62,025 nucleotides of DNA from a virus (lineage: Duplodnaviria; Caudoviricetes), in IMG/VR virus record IMGVR_UViG_3300000101_000014, positions 1 through 62,025 of that record; one strand, given 5' to 3'. Made by a program: the position numbers and the translations under genes. This document shows positions 9,122 through 19,652 of this stretch, piece after piece. The notes under the pieces were generated by a model, which was given only the letters and a program-made list of their open reading frames with translations, did not search any database and was not told the DNA's origin. Numbering within the stretch: position 1 is the stretch's first letter; every line of letters starts with the position of its first letter.

Positions 9122-9867
9122 GACATCATCTCTTTAATAATACGCATATCACCTTTCTTCACACATCGTGTAATGGTAGAAGATCCATCATAACATCGGT
9201 ACTTGACCTTCTTGTTTTCTAACAGAACTTGATACCATCCAAACTCTGCTGCAAGTAACTCTTTCTTATTATGTAGTGAATCCACTAAATCCGCATCCCA
9301 TACATCTGCATGGTGTATAATGATACCGCCATCATAGACCATATAGGTATGACCACTATTATCATGGTCTCTGTAGTTGTTAAACATCTTTCGTTTACCT
9401 TCAGTTGTACCGAAGTTCATGAATGAAATAACACTACGTTTATTATAACACAACTTTGCGTAATATTCAAATGATTCTGTAGGAGAAATAATGGAGTCGT
9501 ATCGTGCCCGTACTATCACATCGTACCCGTCCCCGTACTTCTTCATCATACGATTATGATTGAGGATCTGTTTGGTCTGGTGAATGTGACGTTCGGTATT
9601 ATCGAACTTTAGTTTCTTCTGCCAGTTCCATGTGTTACGCATTGCGGGGTTATCATCATAGGGGTGGTAGTCGATCTCGTACTCATCGATCACCTCTACC
9701 GTACCACCCCAACTCTCTATTAATTCGCGTCTAGTATTCCAGTCATCTTTCCATATGGTAAGAAAAAGATCTGCGTCAGGAAACGCATCCTTGAGTAAAT
9801 CGATTGAGAGAGTGAGAGTGTCGTCATCCAACCGTAGTTGTCCACCGACAATGATTGCGGTCTTCAT
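9118..9867 (-). CDS. Putative glycosyltransferase-like protein
   Basis: MKTAIIVGGQLR and YDVIVRARYD motifs. Confidence 0.55.
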   Translation of the reverse strand: MKTAIIVGGQLRLDDDTLTLSIDLLKDAFPDADLFLTIWKDDWNTRRELIESWGGTVEVIDEYEIDYHPYDDNPAMRNTWNWQKKLKFDNTERHIHQTKQILNHNRMMKKYGDGYDVIVRARYDSIISPTESFEYYAKLCYNKRSVISFMNFGTTEGKRKMFNNYRDHDNSGHTYMVYDGGIIIHHADVWDADLVDSLHNKKELLAAEFGWYQVLLENKKVKYRCYDGSSTITRCVKKGDMRIIKEMMS

Positions 9868-10568
9868 GTTGTCGTAGTTGAAACGGTTCCTTGAACCCGA
9901 GTACAGTAAGTATGAACACACCCAAGACGGCGCGGTAGAAGTTGTCGACACATCAATGCGTCATTTGGCCATGCACCAAACTCTTTGACCAACTCGATCA
10001 TCATACGTGCAAGGGCAGGTTTGATGTAGTACGCAGAATGGCCAGGCAGTCCCTGTGGTACATCATCTGTATCAATTATTGGTACAGGACGAACACCTTC
10101 AACTGTCTGTAGAATGGTATGGTATGCTTCAGATCTACGTGTTGCACCCCGTGGATCGTTGAGAGAGATACCTTGATAACCGACATCATTCAACAACACC
10201 AAGTCTACCTTTCTGGTGAAGATTGCATCATGTTCCAGAATAATAATGGGGTGATTAACTTCTGCACAACGTTTCCAGAGTTTGTAGTGTGACAGAAAAC
10301 ATGCGATACGTTTCTTTCTGTCCACAGTCTTGTACGGGTGTTTACGCAACCCACTCTTTAGACAAAGTTGTGTTTTATCCCACGGGTAGTTCCATGTGAT
10401 ATCCTCTAGGATCATCTCATTGTCGACACGTTCCGGAGTGATTGCATCAAATGTTTCCACAACGAAATCATTACCCACTAAACCATTAGACAGTATAAGT
10501 TCAGAGGCGGCGTCTGTTGACTCTTTGTTGTCGGTCAGAGTGATGACGAATGCTTTTACTTTTTCCAT
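9864..10568 (-). CDS. GT25-like glycosyltransferase
   Basis: AFVITL, IACFLSHYKLW, ILEHDA, GHSAYYI; paralog of 8468-9121. Confidence 0.82.
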   Translation of the reverse strand: MEKVKAFVITLTDNKESTDAASELILSNGLVGNDFVVETFDAITPERVDNEMILEDITWNYPWDKTQLCLKSGLRKHPYKTVDRKKRIACFLSHYKLWKRCAEVNHPIIILEHDAIFTRKVDLVLLNDVGYQGISLNDPRGATRRSEAYHTILQTVEGVRPVPIIDTDDVPQGLPGHSAYYIKPALARMMIELVKEFGAWPNDALMCRQLLPRRLGCVHTYCTRVQGTVSTTTT

Positions 10569-11068
10569 GTGTTTTCTCTCGCATTTGACTTACCGAATTG
10601 ATAACCTTTCTGAGGTAGTCCCAAGAAATCTACCAAGATGTCAGGGGTGTCTCCACTAGTGATACTCATCTCTAGAAAGTTCTTAGAGTCTTTGAAGTAC
10701 TCTCTCACGTCATCATTGTGACGTTTGTAAGCATCATGGTACTTCTTACGATCCCACTGTGGTGCACCATAAACATCTGTACGTAAGTTCATAGTGTAAC
10801 TTCCATACGTCCTTTCCTTCTTACGTAAGAAGTAAGGTTCTACACTGTCAACCCAGTTCTCTCTAGTCAGATGCACAAACTTAGAGTCGGGTCTCATCTT
10901 ATGCAACTCCTTGTAGTATGGTATCACCGGAATGTCTGACGCACCGTCACCAACACCCATCATCAATTGATCTAATGTGGGATAGTGTATAACATTCTTT
11001 TGATAACGTTTCAGAAAGTCAGAGAATGTAGTAGTACCGGTTCGGGACATGCCAGTGCAATATATCAT
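10556..11068 (-). CDS. Sulfotransferase-family protein
   Basis: GMSRTGTTT PAPS-binding-like loop, SKFVHLTR. Confidence 0.72.
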   Translation of the reverse strand: MIYCTGMSRTGTTTFSDFLKRYQKNVIHYPTLDQLMMGVGDGASDIPVIPYYKELHKMRPDSKFVHLTRENWVDSVEPYFLRKKERTYGSYTMNLRTDVYGAPQWDRKKYHDAYKRHNDDVREYFKDSKNFLEMSITSGDTPDILVDFLGLPQKGYQFGKSNARENTWKK

Positions 11069-11914
11069 ACTATAGATGTTCCATTATTCATTGTAGGCCA
11101 ATCAGACTTGGGTTTGTTTGCAATCGTGTGGTGCCATGCATTTGACTGATTGTCTGCACCACGCATCTGTATGTGTACCATCTTAGTATACTTTGTACGT
11201 GGATCTACTGCGGTACGTACAAACGAATTACCATTGTCATAGGGACACCACGTGATGTATCTATTCCATTCGTTATCCAGTTCTACAAAGTCAATGTCCA
11301 TAGAACATGCCATTGCATGGAGATATCCTTGGTCTGTACCATACACCTTACCACGACAGGAAGGATCACTCTCGACCATCTCTACGTATGGTAGGAAAGG
11401 TTCAAACTGTTCACGACACTTACGCAACCCTGCGTTGGAGTATAACACGACACCAGAGTTATATACCTTGGGTCTACCATCTGGATCTAGAGGTATTTCA
11501 CAACCATATTTTTCAGTAACCAGACGTGACCATGTCAACTCCGTAACCTTGTTGCACTGTTTCTTTAGTTTAGGGTCGAATCGATATTGAGTCTGAAGAG
11601 GTTCTGTCGCCATTGCGAGTTCACCTGTAAACGTATCGAAAATGTTTTCATCACACTTGTCCAGAGGAAAGATATCCGTGTCCGCAAACATGACGTTGTC
11701 GTACTCAAGGAATGCATCGTCAAAGACTGGTTTGAAACACCCATAGTATGGTGTCACTCTACCCAGTCCAAACTTCTTACCAAAGTTCGCGTTTAGATCG
11801 AATATGTAATCTGCACCGATCCTCTCTGCATATGCCTTCATGCAGTCCGAACCGTATTGTGCAGATGGTCGGACGTTCACCGTCCCAGTATTGATAGATT
11901 AGATTTTTACTCAC
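11065..11914 (-). pseudogene. Glycosyltransferase with one-base frameshift near 11875-11880 (or assembly error)
   Basis: GTG at 11914 gives MSKNLIYQYWDG in one frame, body (VRPSAQYG...FADTDIF, YNSGVV, DQGYL) in another; span 850 bp = 3n+1. Confidence 0.6.
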
Positions 11915-12842
11915 CGTAATGTCTCCGGTACCATTGGACAAAGTTATTTACTCCTTCTTCAATAGAGGTCTTAGGTTTATACCCAATACTCTGTAACTTG
12001 GTTGTATCTGACGCAGTCGTCTTTGCATCTGCGGGGTGTTTAGGGCCATACTCAATGATTGCCTTCTTACCCAAAGAGTCTTCGATTGCGTCCACAAATC
12101 GTTGCAACTCTACTACTTCACCACGACCGATAGAGTACATATCACGAGGTGTCATATTATCGACTACACATTCTATACCCTGTACGATATCATCAACGTA
12201 TGTAAAGTCTCGTTGCATATCACCGTTGTTGAATAGAGTAATCGGTTTACCTGCAAGTATGTTCTTAGTGAAATCAAACAGTGCCATATCAGGTCGACCC
12301 CAAGGGCCATACACTGTGAAGAATCGTAGACCAACTGCATTAGGTATCTTAGAGATGTGGAACTGCGACTCAGTGATTGCCTTGGTATAACCATAGGGGT
12401 TGATCTGAGGATACAGGTGGTCTGGTTCTCCCCAAGGAAGTTCATTGCCATGCATAACACAGGATGTAGACGCATAGATAACGTTCTGTATGTCACTTGC
12501 TTCACAGGCATTGATAAGATTGAGAGTACCGTGACAGTTGGTGTCGATATATTCACCTGCATTACTCATAGAGTAACGTACACCTGCCATCGCGGCAAGG
12601 TGTATTACCATGTCAGGTTTGGTCTTACTGACATAATCGGTCAAGTCTAGTTTATCACGAAGATCTCCAACTCGGAATCCAACACCAGTTTCCCGTAGAC
12701 ATGCCACACGTTCTTTCTTCAAGAGAGGTTCGTAGTAATTGTTGAGGTTGTCGAAACCGAATACCTCATGACCCAATTCTTTTAACCTAAGTGCAGTATG
12801 CATACCAATGAAACCGGCGATACCGGTGATCATAATCTTCAT
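11907..12842 (-). CDS. NAD-dependent epimerase (UDP-glucuronate 4-epimerase-like)
   Basis: ITGIAGFIG, HLAAMAGVRYS, YGYTK, RFFTVYGPWGRPDMA, RDFTYVDD. Confidence 0.92.
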   Translation of the reverse strand: MKIMITGIAGFIGMHTALRLKELGHEVFGFDNLNNYYEPLLKKERVACLRETGVGFRVGDLRDKLDLTDYVSKTKPDMVIHLAAMAGVRYSMSNAGEYIDTNCHGTLNLINACEASDIQNVIYASTSCVMHGNELPWGEPDHLYPQINPYGYTKAITESQFHISKIPNAVGLRFFTVYGPWGRPDMALFDFTKNILAGKPITLFNNGDMQRDFTYVDDIVQGIECVVDNMTPRDMYSIGRGEVVELQRFVDAIEDSLGKKAIIEYGPKHPADAKTTASDTTKLQSIGYKPKTSIEEGVNNFVQWYRRHYGE

Positions 12843-13522
12843 TCAATTATTCCTTTTTGTACTAACTTTCTGTAGTTAAGTATCTTATCCTGTTTAGGGG
12901 ATGGTCTCCCCGGCGTGTTCTTCATTTTACGGCGAACATGGATTATATATCCTTCATCTACGTTTTCCTCAAACGATGATCTGTTCCACTTGTCGTCATC
13001 TAGGTACAATGAGGGATCTTCTTTTAGATCTGCACGTACTGCGAGACGGTGCATGATACCCTCGTCTTCGTAGTTGTTATGAAACTGTTTGATCTCATGT
13101 TCGTGGATCTGTTCACGGAGTTTGATTCTGATATCTTTCTCCAGCCGGTAGATTGAACCACCCCAGTATGGATATCGTTCGTCACCTAACAGAGGGAAAC
13201 GATTGACCAGTTTCTTTCTCAGGGATGGTTGGATACCATAGTGTCTACCAATACCAGTATCATCTGTAAAGATGTTCTTGGTCAAACCTTTACGAGTGAA
13301 CATGTCAATGTCCATCATAACCACGATGTCATAACTATCGAACCTACGATCCAGCATAACCATCTTCTGACAGGGCGCACTCAATCCCTCACGGAAAGCG
13401 TTACCTTGGACTAACTCATAGTCCGCACCACAGAACTCTGCATATTCTTTGATGGACTTCTGAGACTTCTTCTCTAACTCACCCATTGGGCCAGTCCAGT
13501 GTTGCAAGATTATATATTTCAT
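12839..13522 (-). CDS. Glycosyltransferase (GT-A)
   Basis: YAEFCGADY, MMDIDMF DxD. Confidence 0.7.
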   Translation of the reverse strand: MKYIILQHWTGPMGELEKKSQKSIKEYAEFCGADYELVQGNAFREGLSAPCQKMVMLDRRFDSYDIVVMMDIDMFTRKGLTKNIFTDDTGIGRHYGIQPSLRKKLVNRFPLLGDERYPYWGGSIYRLEKDIRIKLREQIHEHEIKQFHNNYEDEGIMHRLAVRADLKEDPSLYLDDDKWNRSSFEENVDEGYIIHVRRKMKNTPGRPSPKQDKILNYRKLVQKGIIE

Positions 13523-13896
13523 TATAACTCTACACCTCTCAATAATAATTCATGTTGCATACATGCTTTATGTGTGGGGTTCACGTTGAGTTTTAGTACT
13601 GCTTCAAGATGAGCAGTATCCATTTCAGCAATAGTTACATATTTAAGTGGCTGATCACCATCGATGCCATACGTTCCCCACTTTAAAACAGACGCTTGAA
13701 TAATATGCGGAGCGTCATCATAGAGACATAAGTCTTCTTCATCACCATGTGCACTACGCCGAACATAGGCTAACCCGCCATCAACCATGTATTCTTTACC
13801 ATTGGCATCAGTATGTGTCTTATAATCGTGACGATGCGTTGATTCTAAGATCGTTCCGTCAGGAGTTTGTATGGCATTTTTAATTAAACTCTTCAT
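13522..13896 (-). CDS. Hypothetical phage protein
   Basis: NAIQTPDG, ESTHRHDY, VDGGLAYVRR. Confidence 0.7.
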   Translation of the reverse strand: MKSLIKNAIQTPDGTILESTHRHDYKTHTDANGKEYMVDGGLAYVRRSAHGDEEDLCLYDDAPHIIQASVLKWGTYGIDGDQPLKYVTIAEMDTAHLEAVLKLNVNPTHKACMQHELLLRGVEL

Positions 13897-15254
13897 CGGG
13901 TTCTCTCACTTGATAAAAAATATTCTAGATCTTCTGGTGTACCCAGACCCCACATACCATTTGCGGTGTGAGTGCGTATCTCTTTACAGTCTGCGATTGC
14001 TTCATTGAACACAGGACACACATAGAACTCACCATTGACTCTTATGTCCTTTTCGATCATCTGTTCTGCATACTTTACAAAATCAGATCCGTGTTTCCAG
14101 TAGTAGTATCCCACCGTGGCATTGTCACTGATAGGGTTCTTCTCTGCAACCTCAGTCACAAAGTTATTTTCATCTATCTTCGCAAACGACCACTTGGGGT
14201 GTGTTGCTTTGAATGTTACTATACCACCGTCTGCAGCAGTCTCTTGCATCTCATACATGAACTGTGTAGGATTCCAGTCGACCCATTGGTCGCTGTTTGC
14301 AAAGAACAAAGGGGAATCATTGTCTATGTAATCCTTAGCGAGTAAGGCAGTACATGCAGCACCTTGTGTCATCTCATCTACTTCTACTATTATACAGTTT
14401 GGAGCGATCAATGGCAACATATTTTCGAGATGAAAACGTTCACGATGTTCTCTCTGTACAACAAAGATGAAGTTTGCGTCCAGTCCTAAGTTCTCTACCA
14501 CTACCTGTATCATGGGTTTACCATTGACATCGATCAAGGGTTTAGGAAAAGTGTACCCTGCTTGTTGAAAGCGAGAACCTGCACCCGCCATAGGTATTAA
14601 AACGTTGAGTTTTTCATCTTTCCATTTGTTATTCATAGGGTTCGCCAATCTCTGTAGTTTAGGTAGTATGTTTTCTTTTGTCACTTCGGTAGGGTTTGCA
14701 ACACGTATGCAAGATGCACCAGATCTCTTTGCCGCCAACAATCCAGGCGGGGAGTCTTCGATGATAACAGTCTCTTCGGGCAGAAATCCGTACATGGACA
14801 TTGCTGTCCAATACATCTCGGGGTGTGGTTTGGAGTTTTTAACGTGATTGTTTGACAGGACAATTTTGCAGTAGTCTAACAAACCTGTCTTCTCTAACGC
14901 AGAGTATACAGTTGGTTTTATTGAGTTAGAACACACACCGATAGTGTATCCTAGTTCAACAAGTTCTTGCATAAGTTCTATTGCAGAGTGGTTTACAGGT
15001 ACACCGTCCAGTTCTTTTACTGTAAGTTCCTGTTTATTTCGGAATATATCTTCGTGTAACTGGGAAGGTAGACCCTTTAGTTCGGTTAGTAATTCTAACT
15101 TCTCTAAGGTCTTTCTGCCATCATATATGTTTCGATGTTCTTCGGGGGTGATCGCATAGTCTTCACCGAGCGCATAGTTTAACGCTCTGTAGTGAATGTC
15201 TTTTGCGTCAATTAACACCCCGTCTAGATCGAAAAGGATTAGTTTTGTATTCAT
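13893..15254 (-). CDS. HAD phosphatase / sugar nucleotidyltransferase fusion
   Basis: N-term FDLDGVL, KPHPE, IEDS; C-term IPMAGAGSRF, PKPLI, GLGTPEDL. Confidence 0.9.
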   Translation of the reverse strand: MNTKLILFDLDGVLIDAKDIHYRALNYALGEDYAITPEEHRNIYDGRKTLEKLELLTELKGLPSQLHEDIFRNKQELTVKELDGVPVNHSAIELMQELVELGYTIGVCSNSIKPTVYSALEKTGLLDYCKIVLSNNHVKNSKPHPEMYWTAMSMYGFLPEETVIIEDSPPGLLAAKRSGASCIRVANPTEVTKENILPKLQRLANPMNNKWKDEKLNVLIPMAGAGSRFQQAGYTFPKPLIDVNGKPMIQVVVENLGLDANFIFVVQREHRERFHLENMLPLIAPNCIIVEVDEMTQGAACTALLAKDYIDNDSPLFFANSDQWVDWNPTQFMYEMQETAADGGIVTFKATHPKWSFAKIDENNFVTEVAEKNPISDNATVGYYYWKHGSDFVKYAEQMIEKDIRVNGEFYVCPVFNEAIADCKEIRTHTANGMWGLGTPEDLEYFLSSERTR

Positions 15255-15296
15255 AAGTATAATCTATAATCATCACGTCACTGTTATATAGATGCA

Positions 15297-15638
15297 TTAT
15301 AATCCGCAAGCTTCAGTAATCTTTTCTAATCCACCAACATATACCCAGTTCTCACCATTGTCGTTATGAGTAAACAATTGTGGTGTCAACCGCATATTTG
15401 GTATCTTTGCACGAGCCAGTTCATGTGACGGATCGATTTCAACTTGACCAACATAATCGGGGTCTTGAGTCTCCGCGATAGTCATCAGATCTTCTTGTTC
15501 TTCAAGAGTGAGGTTTTCAAGGTCAACCACTTCGATTGAATCATCTGATCCCGCAAGAAGATAGTTTTCTATCGATTCTTGCGCCCCGTTACAGTATACA
15601 CAATGACCTTCACCAACACGTATTAAGTAGTAGTTCAT
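15297..15638 (-). CDS. Glutaredoxin-like protein
   Basis: CVYC, TPQLF, YVGG. Confidence 0.65.
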   Translation of the reverse strand: MNYYLIRVGEGHCVYCNGAQESIENYLLAGSDDSIEVVDLENLTLEEQEDLMTIAETQDPDYVGQVEIDPSHELARAKIPNMRLTPQLFTHNDNGENWVYVGGLEKITEACGL

Positions 15639-16234
15639 GGGTAGTAACTCCTTATTGCTAAACCGGAATAAACTCCCTCACTACAATAGATTGTAGGTAG
15701 ATTGAGGTCGACACAGTAATACCCAGCTTCGTTAAACACATACTCCCATTCCTCTCGTGTCAATCTGAGTCGATGAGTGCGGTCTTTTCTGGAACATTCC
15801 AAAACATAATCTTCTCCCTCTTCTGCACAGATAGGCATTCGGAACACTATGGTTTCAGTCTCTAAAACATTAAGTAAGTCTAAGACCTGATCCATGTTCA
15901 TATGTTCCAATACATCTAATGCAAAGGTGAGACCATATTCTTTATCGGGGTCGATAGAGTTGCTTACGTCTAGTCCTTTCTCCCTACACTGACTTAACGC
16001 CCATTCACTGATATCAACACCACTCACATCCTCGTAACCTTCGTTTTCCATTGCTTCGATCACGAAACCGACTGCACAACCAAAGTCCAATACAGGGCCT
16101 TTGTTGAGTCCAATCTTCTTCAACAGATCGTTGATGTCTGCTGCGAGTCTTTTGTAACGATCTCCTCGTTGTAGGAAATCGATATAGTTCACTGTACTAT
16201 AATATGCTTCACCGAAATCTGAATCTTTCATCAT
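15635..16234 (-). CDS. Class I SAM methyltransferase
   Basis: VLDFGCAVG, GVDIS, DVLEH. Confidence 0.85.
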   Translation of the reverse strand: MMKDSDFGEAYYSTVNYIDFLQRGDRYKRLAADINDLLKKIGLNKGPVLDFGCAVGFVIEAMENEGYEDVSGVDISEWALSQCREKGLDVSNSIDPDKEYGLTFALDVLEHMNMDQVLDLLNVLETETIVFRMPICAEEGEDYVLECSRKDRTHRLRLTREEWEYVFNEAGYYCVDLNLPTIYCSEGVYSGLAIRSYYP

Positions 16235-17343
16235 GCAAAGTTCCTATCATCTTCACTCATCTGTTGTGCAACGGTGTGAAGAAGTTTGTTGTTGTTAAAA
16301 TAAAAACAGTTGGGACATGCTTCTTTCCAACCACCAGATCCTGCGCCTCTTATGTTATAGGGTACACCTGTTTTTGCGTATTGTATATTACAAGTATCCC
16401 ATATTTCTAACACATTGTCAATAGACCCAAGAGAAAAATCTAGGTCATATGTCCGTTTCTCAAGTACGTGACTCGTGCACACATACACCTGATAGTCTCC
16501 GCCATCGGGATGTGGCGCAATGTATGGACGTGTAAGACCCACATAACAACCATCAGCATACGGTGTTGCGTTATCCCAGATGTCCTTGATAAAGAACTTG
16601 TTATCCACATCAATCTGTTTAACAACCTCTTTCCACTGATTCTGTACTTCTACCTGTGCACCATCAATCAACGCATTACCTGCAAGACGACAGAACTTGA
16701 TCTCTGGATTGAGTTCAATCAACCTCGCAATCTTCTTGATCGACTCTACGGTCGTACCTGCGTAGGCTTTGTTGGTACGTGACAACGCATCAGGGACACC
16801 ATTAGTACCGTCATAGATGATGTACGATAGTCCTATCTTATCTTTTGGAAACGAACCAAAGTCATAGTCTTCTGGTTCACACTTCTCATCTAACTTGATT
16901 AGACTAACCCGTATCCACTTGAGGTGAGGATATACCTCTGGTCTGAGATGACGTTCTAACTTCTCTGTATTGGTAATGATACCTACATCGAATCCATACT
17001 TGGAGGCAAGGAGAACCACATCGTTGATGTTCTTCTTCGATACCTTGTCACGATACAACATGGGATTACCACCACCAGTAATCTCTATTGCCTTTGCACC
17101 TAACTTATGGAAGTCTTCAAACAACTTCTCGATCTTCTCAAACGGGATATAACTCTTGAGTGGACGAGCAGCAACAGAACAGAACGGACAATCACTATCA
17201 CAGATCTCGCACAAACATAGTTGTATGTTGATCGGTTTAAATGTGTCTTCGTACTGAATGGAGTACAATACATCTGTGTGTTGCAGATACTTGTCACCCC
17301 ATGTTGCGTACTTCTGGGTCTTCTCTTCATAACTTTGTGTCAT
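16231..17343 (-). CDS. Radical SAM enzyme (SPASM/twitch-like C-terminus)
   Basis: CDSDCPFC, ITGGGNP, C-terminal Cys residues. Confidence 0.85.
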   Translation of the reverse strand: MTQSYEEKTQKYATWGDKYLQHTDVLYSIQYEDTFKPINIQLCLCEICDSDCPFCSVAARPLKSYIPFEKIEKLFEDFHKLGAKAIEITGGGNPMLYRDKVSKKNINDVVLLASKYGFDVGIITNTEKLERHLRPEVYPHLKWIRVSLIKLDEKCEPEDYDFGSFPKDKIGLSYIIYDGTNGVPDALSRTNKAYAGTTVESIKKIARLIELNPEIKFCRLAGNALIDGAQVEVQNQWKEVVKQIDVDNKFFIKDIWDNATPYADGCYVGLTRPYIAPHPDGGDYQVYVCTSHVLEKRTYDLDFSLGSIDNVLEIWDTCNIQYAKTGVPYNIRGAGSGGWKEACPNCFYFNNNKLLHTVAQQMSEDDRNFA

Positions 17344-18131
17344 ATCATTTCCATGAGTGCAGCGACATTTTCCCCTCTATCCGGCAACAAATCTTTTAAA
17401 AAGAAGTGTACGAAACAACATGTCGCAATGTTTTCGTTCGCGGTAAATAACCCGTTCCATTTCTGATCCATATGTTTAGTAGGGATCTTATATTTCTTCA
17501 AGAAGAAGTTAAGTAGTGTTTGGTCAGTAGACCATTTCCATGGCCCTATGCCATTAACAAAGTCCATGAACTCATACCGTTGTATGAACTCTGTCGGTGT
17601 TTGGTTATTTAGGTAGGGACGGAACAGAGATGAGTTGATTAAGATCAAACCCATGTTAAAAAACTCGAACCCACGGTCATTTGGTTTGAAGTCTACCTTG
17701 TTACATTGCAATGTCGAGTATTGCATATGACTATAATTCTTGATTTTATCGACATATCTTTGTGATATGTTCATGTCGCGTTCACATACTGCACCGAACG
17801 CATGGTCTGTACCGAAGTCTTCAAAGATGTTTGGTGCGTCTTCGCGGATGAGGATATCAGCATCAACGATCGCGATCTGATCATACTCATTGAGGAAAGA
17901 GAATGCATTCTCCTTCTCGTAGATAGGTAGGAAACCGCCATGTTTCTTCCACGAGTCCTCTGATCTATTACTCATGAATGGATCTGGACGTATGTTCAAT
18001 ATAGGAGTTTGTTGTACCATATGGATGAATCCATACTTCTTACAGTACTGACTTACAGATTCAATGCAGTGCTGGTATAGTTCTGAGTTCTTCGCTTTGC
18101 CTAGACAAACTTGATATACTAATCTCTTCAC
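17340..18131 (-). CDS. Glycosyltransferase (GT8-like)
   Basis: VDADIL, FNMGL, DQTLLN, WNG, FVHF. Confidence 0.8.
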   Translation of the reverse strand: MKRLVYQVCLGKAKNSELYQHCIESVSQYCKKYGFIHMVQQTPILNIRPDPFMSNRSEDSWKKHGGFLPIYEKENAFSFLNEYDQIAIVDADILIREDAPNIFEDFGTDHAFGAVCERDMNISQRYVDKIKNYSHMQYSTLQCNKVDFKPNDRGFEFFNMGLILINSSLFRPYLNNQTPTEFIQRYEFMDFVNGIGPWKWSTDQTLLNFFLKKYKIPTKHMDQKWNGLFTANENIATCCFVHFFLKDLLPDRGENVAALMEMI

Positions 18132-18682
18132 TTTTTCTTATGCTCTATTGTTGTTCCTATAGATCTATTCTGTACTTGATAGACATGGTCAGTCTCAAAT
18201 ACCCCTTCTTTAGTACCGTACCCGTGGATTGTACCATCAGAGTTCCACGTAATCTTTTTGATTGACTTTACATCATTCACCATTCTGGTTGCGATGTCAG
18301 GTGTTAAGTAGTATGCAAGGCCAGGCAGTCGTATCTTGTTCTTACCCGTATGACCTAAACAGATCATACCGTGTTGATCCCATATACGATCAGGTATAGG
18401 TTTTACCAATAACGCATCATGTTCTATGATTATGATTGGTTTCTTTCTTGCCTTTGCCCATAACTCTACGTGACTATACCACACTGCTTTCTCGGTCGGT
18501 GTAAACTCTATTGTATCACGTTTCTTACCAAAATGCAAGTATCCTTTACTCTCCATTGTTTCTGGAGTGATTGCATTGAAGAACTTGAGGTTATATCCAT
18601 TCCATGACTCCTCTACTCTCCCACGATAATACATCGATTGCGGAGAAGAAGGCATTTGGATCATCCATACATCAGGCCTCAT
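18128..18682 (-). CDS. GT25-like glycosyltransferase
   Basis: FNAITP, WYSHVELW, IEHDA, AYYLTP. Confidence 0.72.
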   Translation of the reverse strand: MRPDVWMIQMPSSPQSMYYRGRVEESWNGYNLKFFNAITPETMESKGYLHFGKKRDTIEFTPTEKAVWYSHVELWAKARKKPIIIIEHDALLVKPIPDRIWDQHGMICLGHTGKNKIRLPGLAYYLTPDIATRMVNDVKSIKKITWNSDGTIHGYGTKEGVFETDHVYQVQNRSIGTTIEHKKK

Positions 18683-19652
18683 TCTGATAGTCACGCAGAT
18701 TGAACTCAGTGCCATGCATCTTCATAAGATCGCGTTCGTGGTTTGTGTACACTAGTACCTCTGGGTCGTCTATTAGAAAATCACACGACTTACAGAAATC
18801 AGGATAATCTCCGGAAGTGTGTTGATCTCGTAGTTTAGAATATTCCTCTCCAAAGAAGATGGACTTGATATCAGTTTCACTTGTGTGTCCTAGGACTGCT
18901 TCCTCATCTCTACCAAGTACTTGACAACACGGATGGACAGCACCCTTCTTGCCTTCCAATCCACCTGCACGGATTACAACATCTGGAGAGAAGGGTCTTC
19001 CACAAGTCTTCACTGCTCCTTTACGTACACCAGACTCAGAGATGTCAGTGACACCCGACCAGTTGTGCATCTTCCATATTTCTGTTTTGACATCGAGTTC
19101 GTCAACGATACGTTTGTAATGATCCAACTCAAAGTCTAGATTGTCGTTGTCTGTGATTAGATGATATGTAGACACAACGCACTCACTGTTCGTCTCTTTG
19201 ACATAATCCCGCATTTCTTTTACTTTGGCCCATGTGTTATCAAAGTTACCTGCAATACGGTTGTACATCCACTTGTCATATGCTTCGACATCATACCCAA
19301 TCCAAGAGAATCGATAGAAGTCAAGACCTGCATCTACGCAGTCACGCATGAACTGACCTTCCATACGATAACCATTCGAGAAGATAAATGCCTTCGCACC
19401 ATACTTCTTAACGATTTCGATGTACTTGGGTAGATTGCGATTGAGTGTTGCTTCACCGGAACCATCGAGATTAACAACACGTAGACCGTACTGTGCACAG
19501 TCTGCTACATTGTCCTCGAACTCTTGGAGCGACATCTTCTTGAGGAAGTCTTTGTGTCGTCCACCTGTTCGTACGTCTTGAGGGCACATAGAACATGAGT
19601 AGTTACAACCACCATTCACTTCAATCACTGCACGATCAATTTTAAAAGTCAT
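18672..19652 (-). CDS. Radical SAM / SPASM protein
   Basis: CNYSCSMC; CGRPF, HPCC, FCKSC. Confidence 0.88.
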   Translation of the reverse strand: MTFKIDRAVIEVNGGCNYSCSMCPQDVRTGGRHKDFLKKMSLQEFEDNVADCAQYGLRVVNLDGSGEATLNRNLPKYIEIVKKYGAKAFIFSNGYRMEGQFMRDCVDAGLDFYRFSWIGYDVEAYDKWMYNRIAGNFDNTWAKVKEMRDYVKETNSECVVSTYHLITDNDNLDFELDHYKRIVDELDVKTEIWKMHNWSGVTDISESGVRKGAVKTCGRPFSPDVVIRAGGLEGKKGAVHPCCQVLGRDEEAVLGHTSETDIKSIFFGEEYSKLRDQHTSGDYPDFCKSCDFLIDDPEVLVYTNHERDLMKMHGTEFNLRDYQNEA

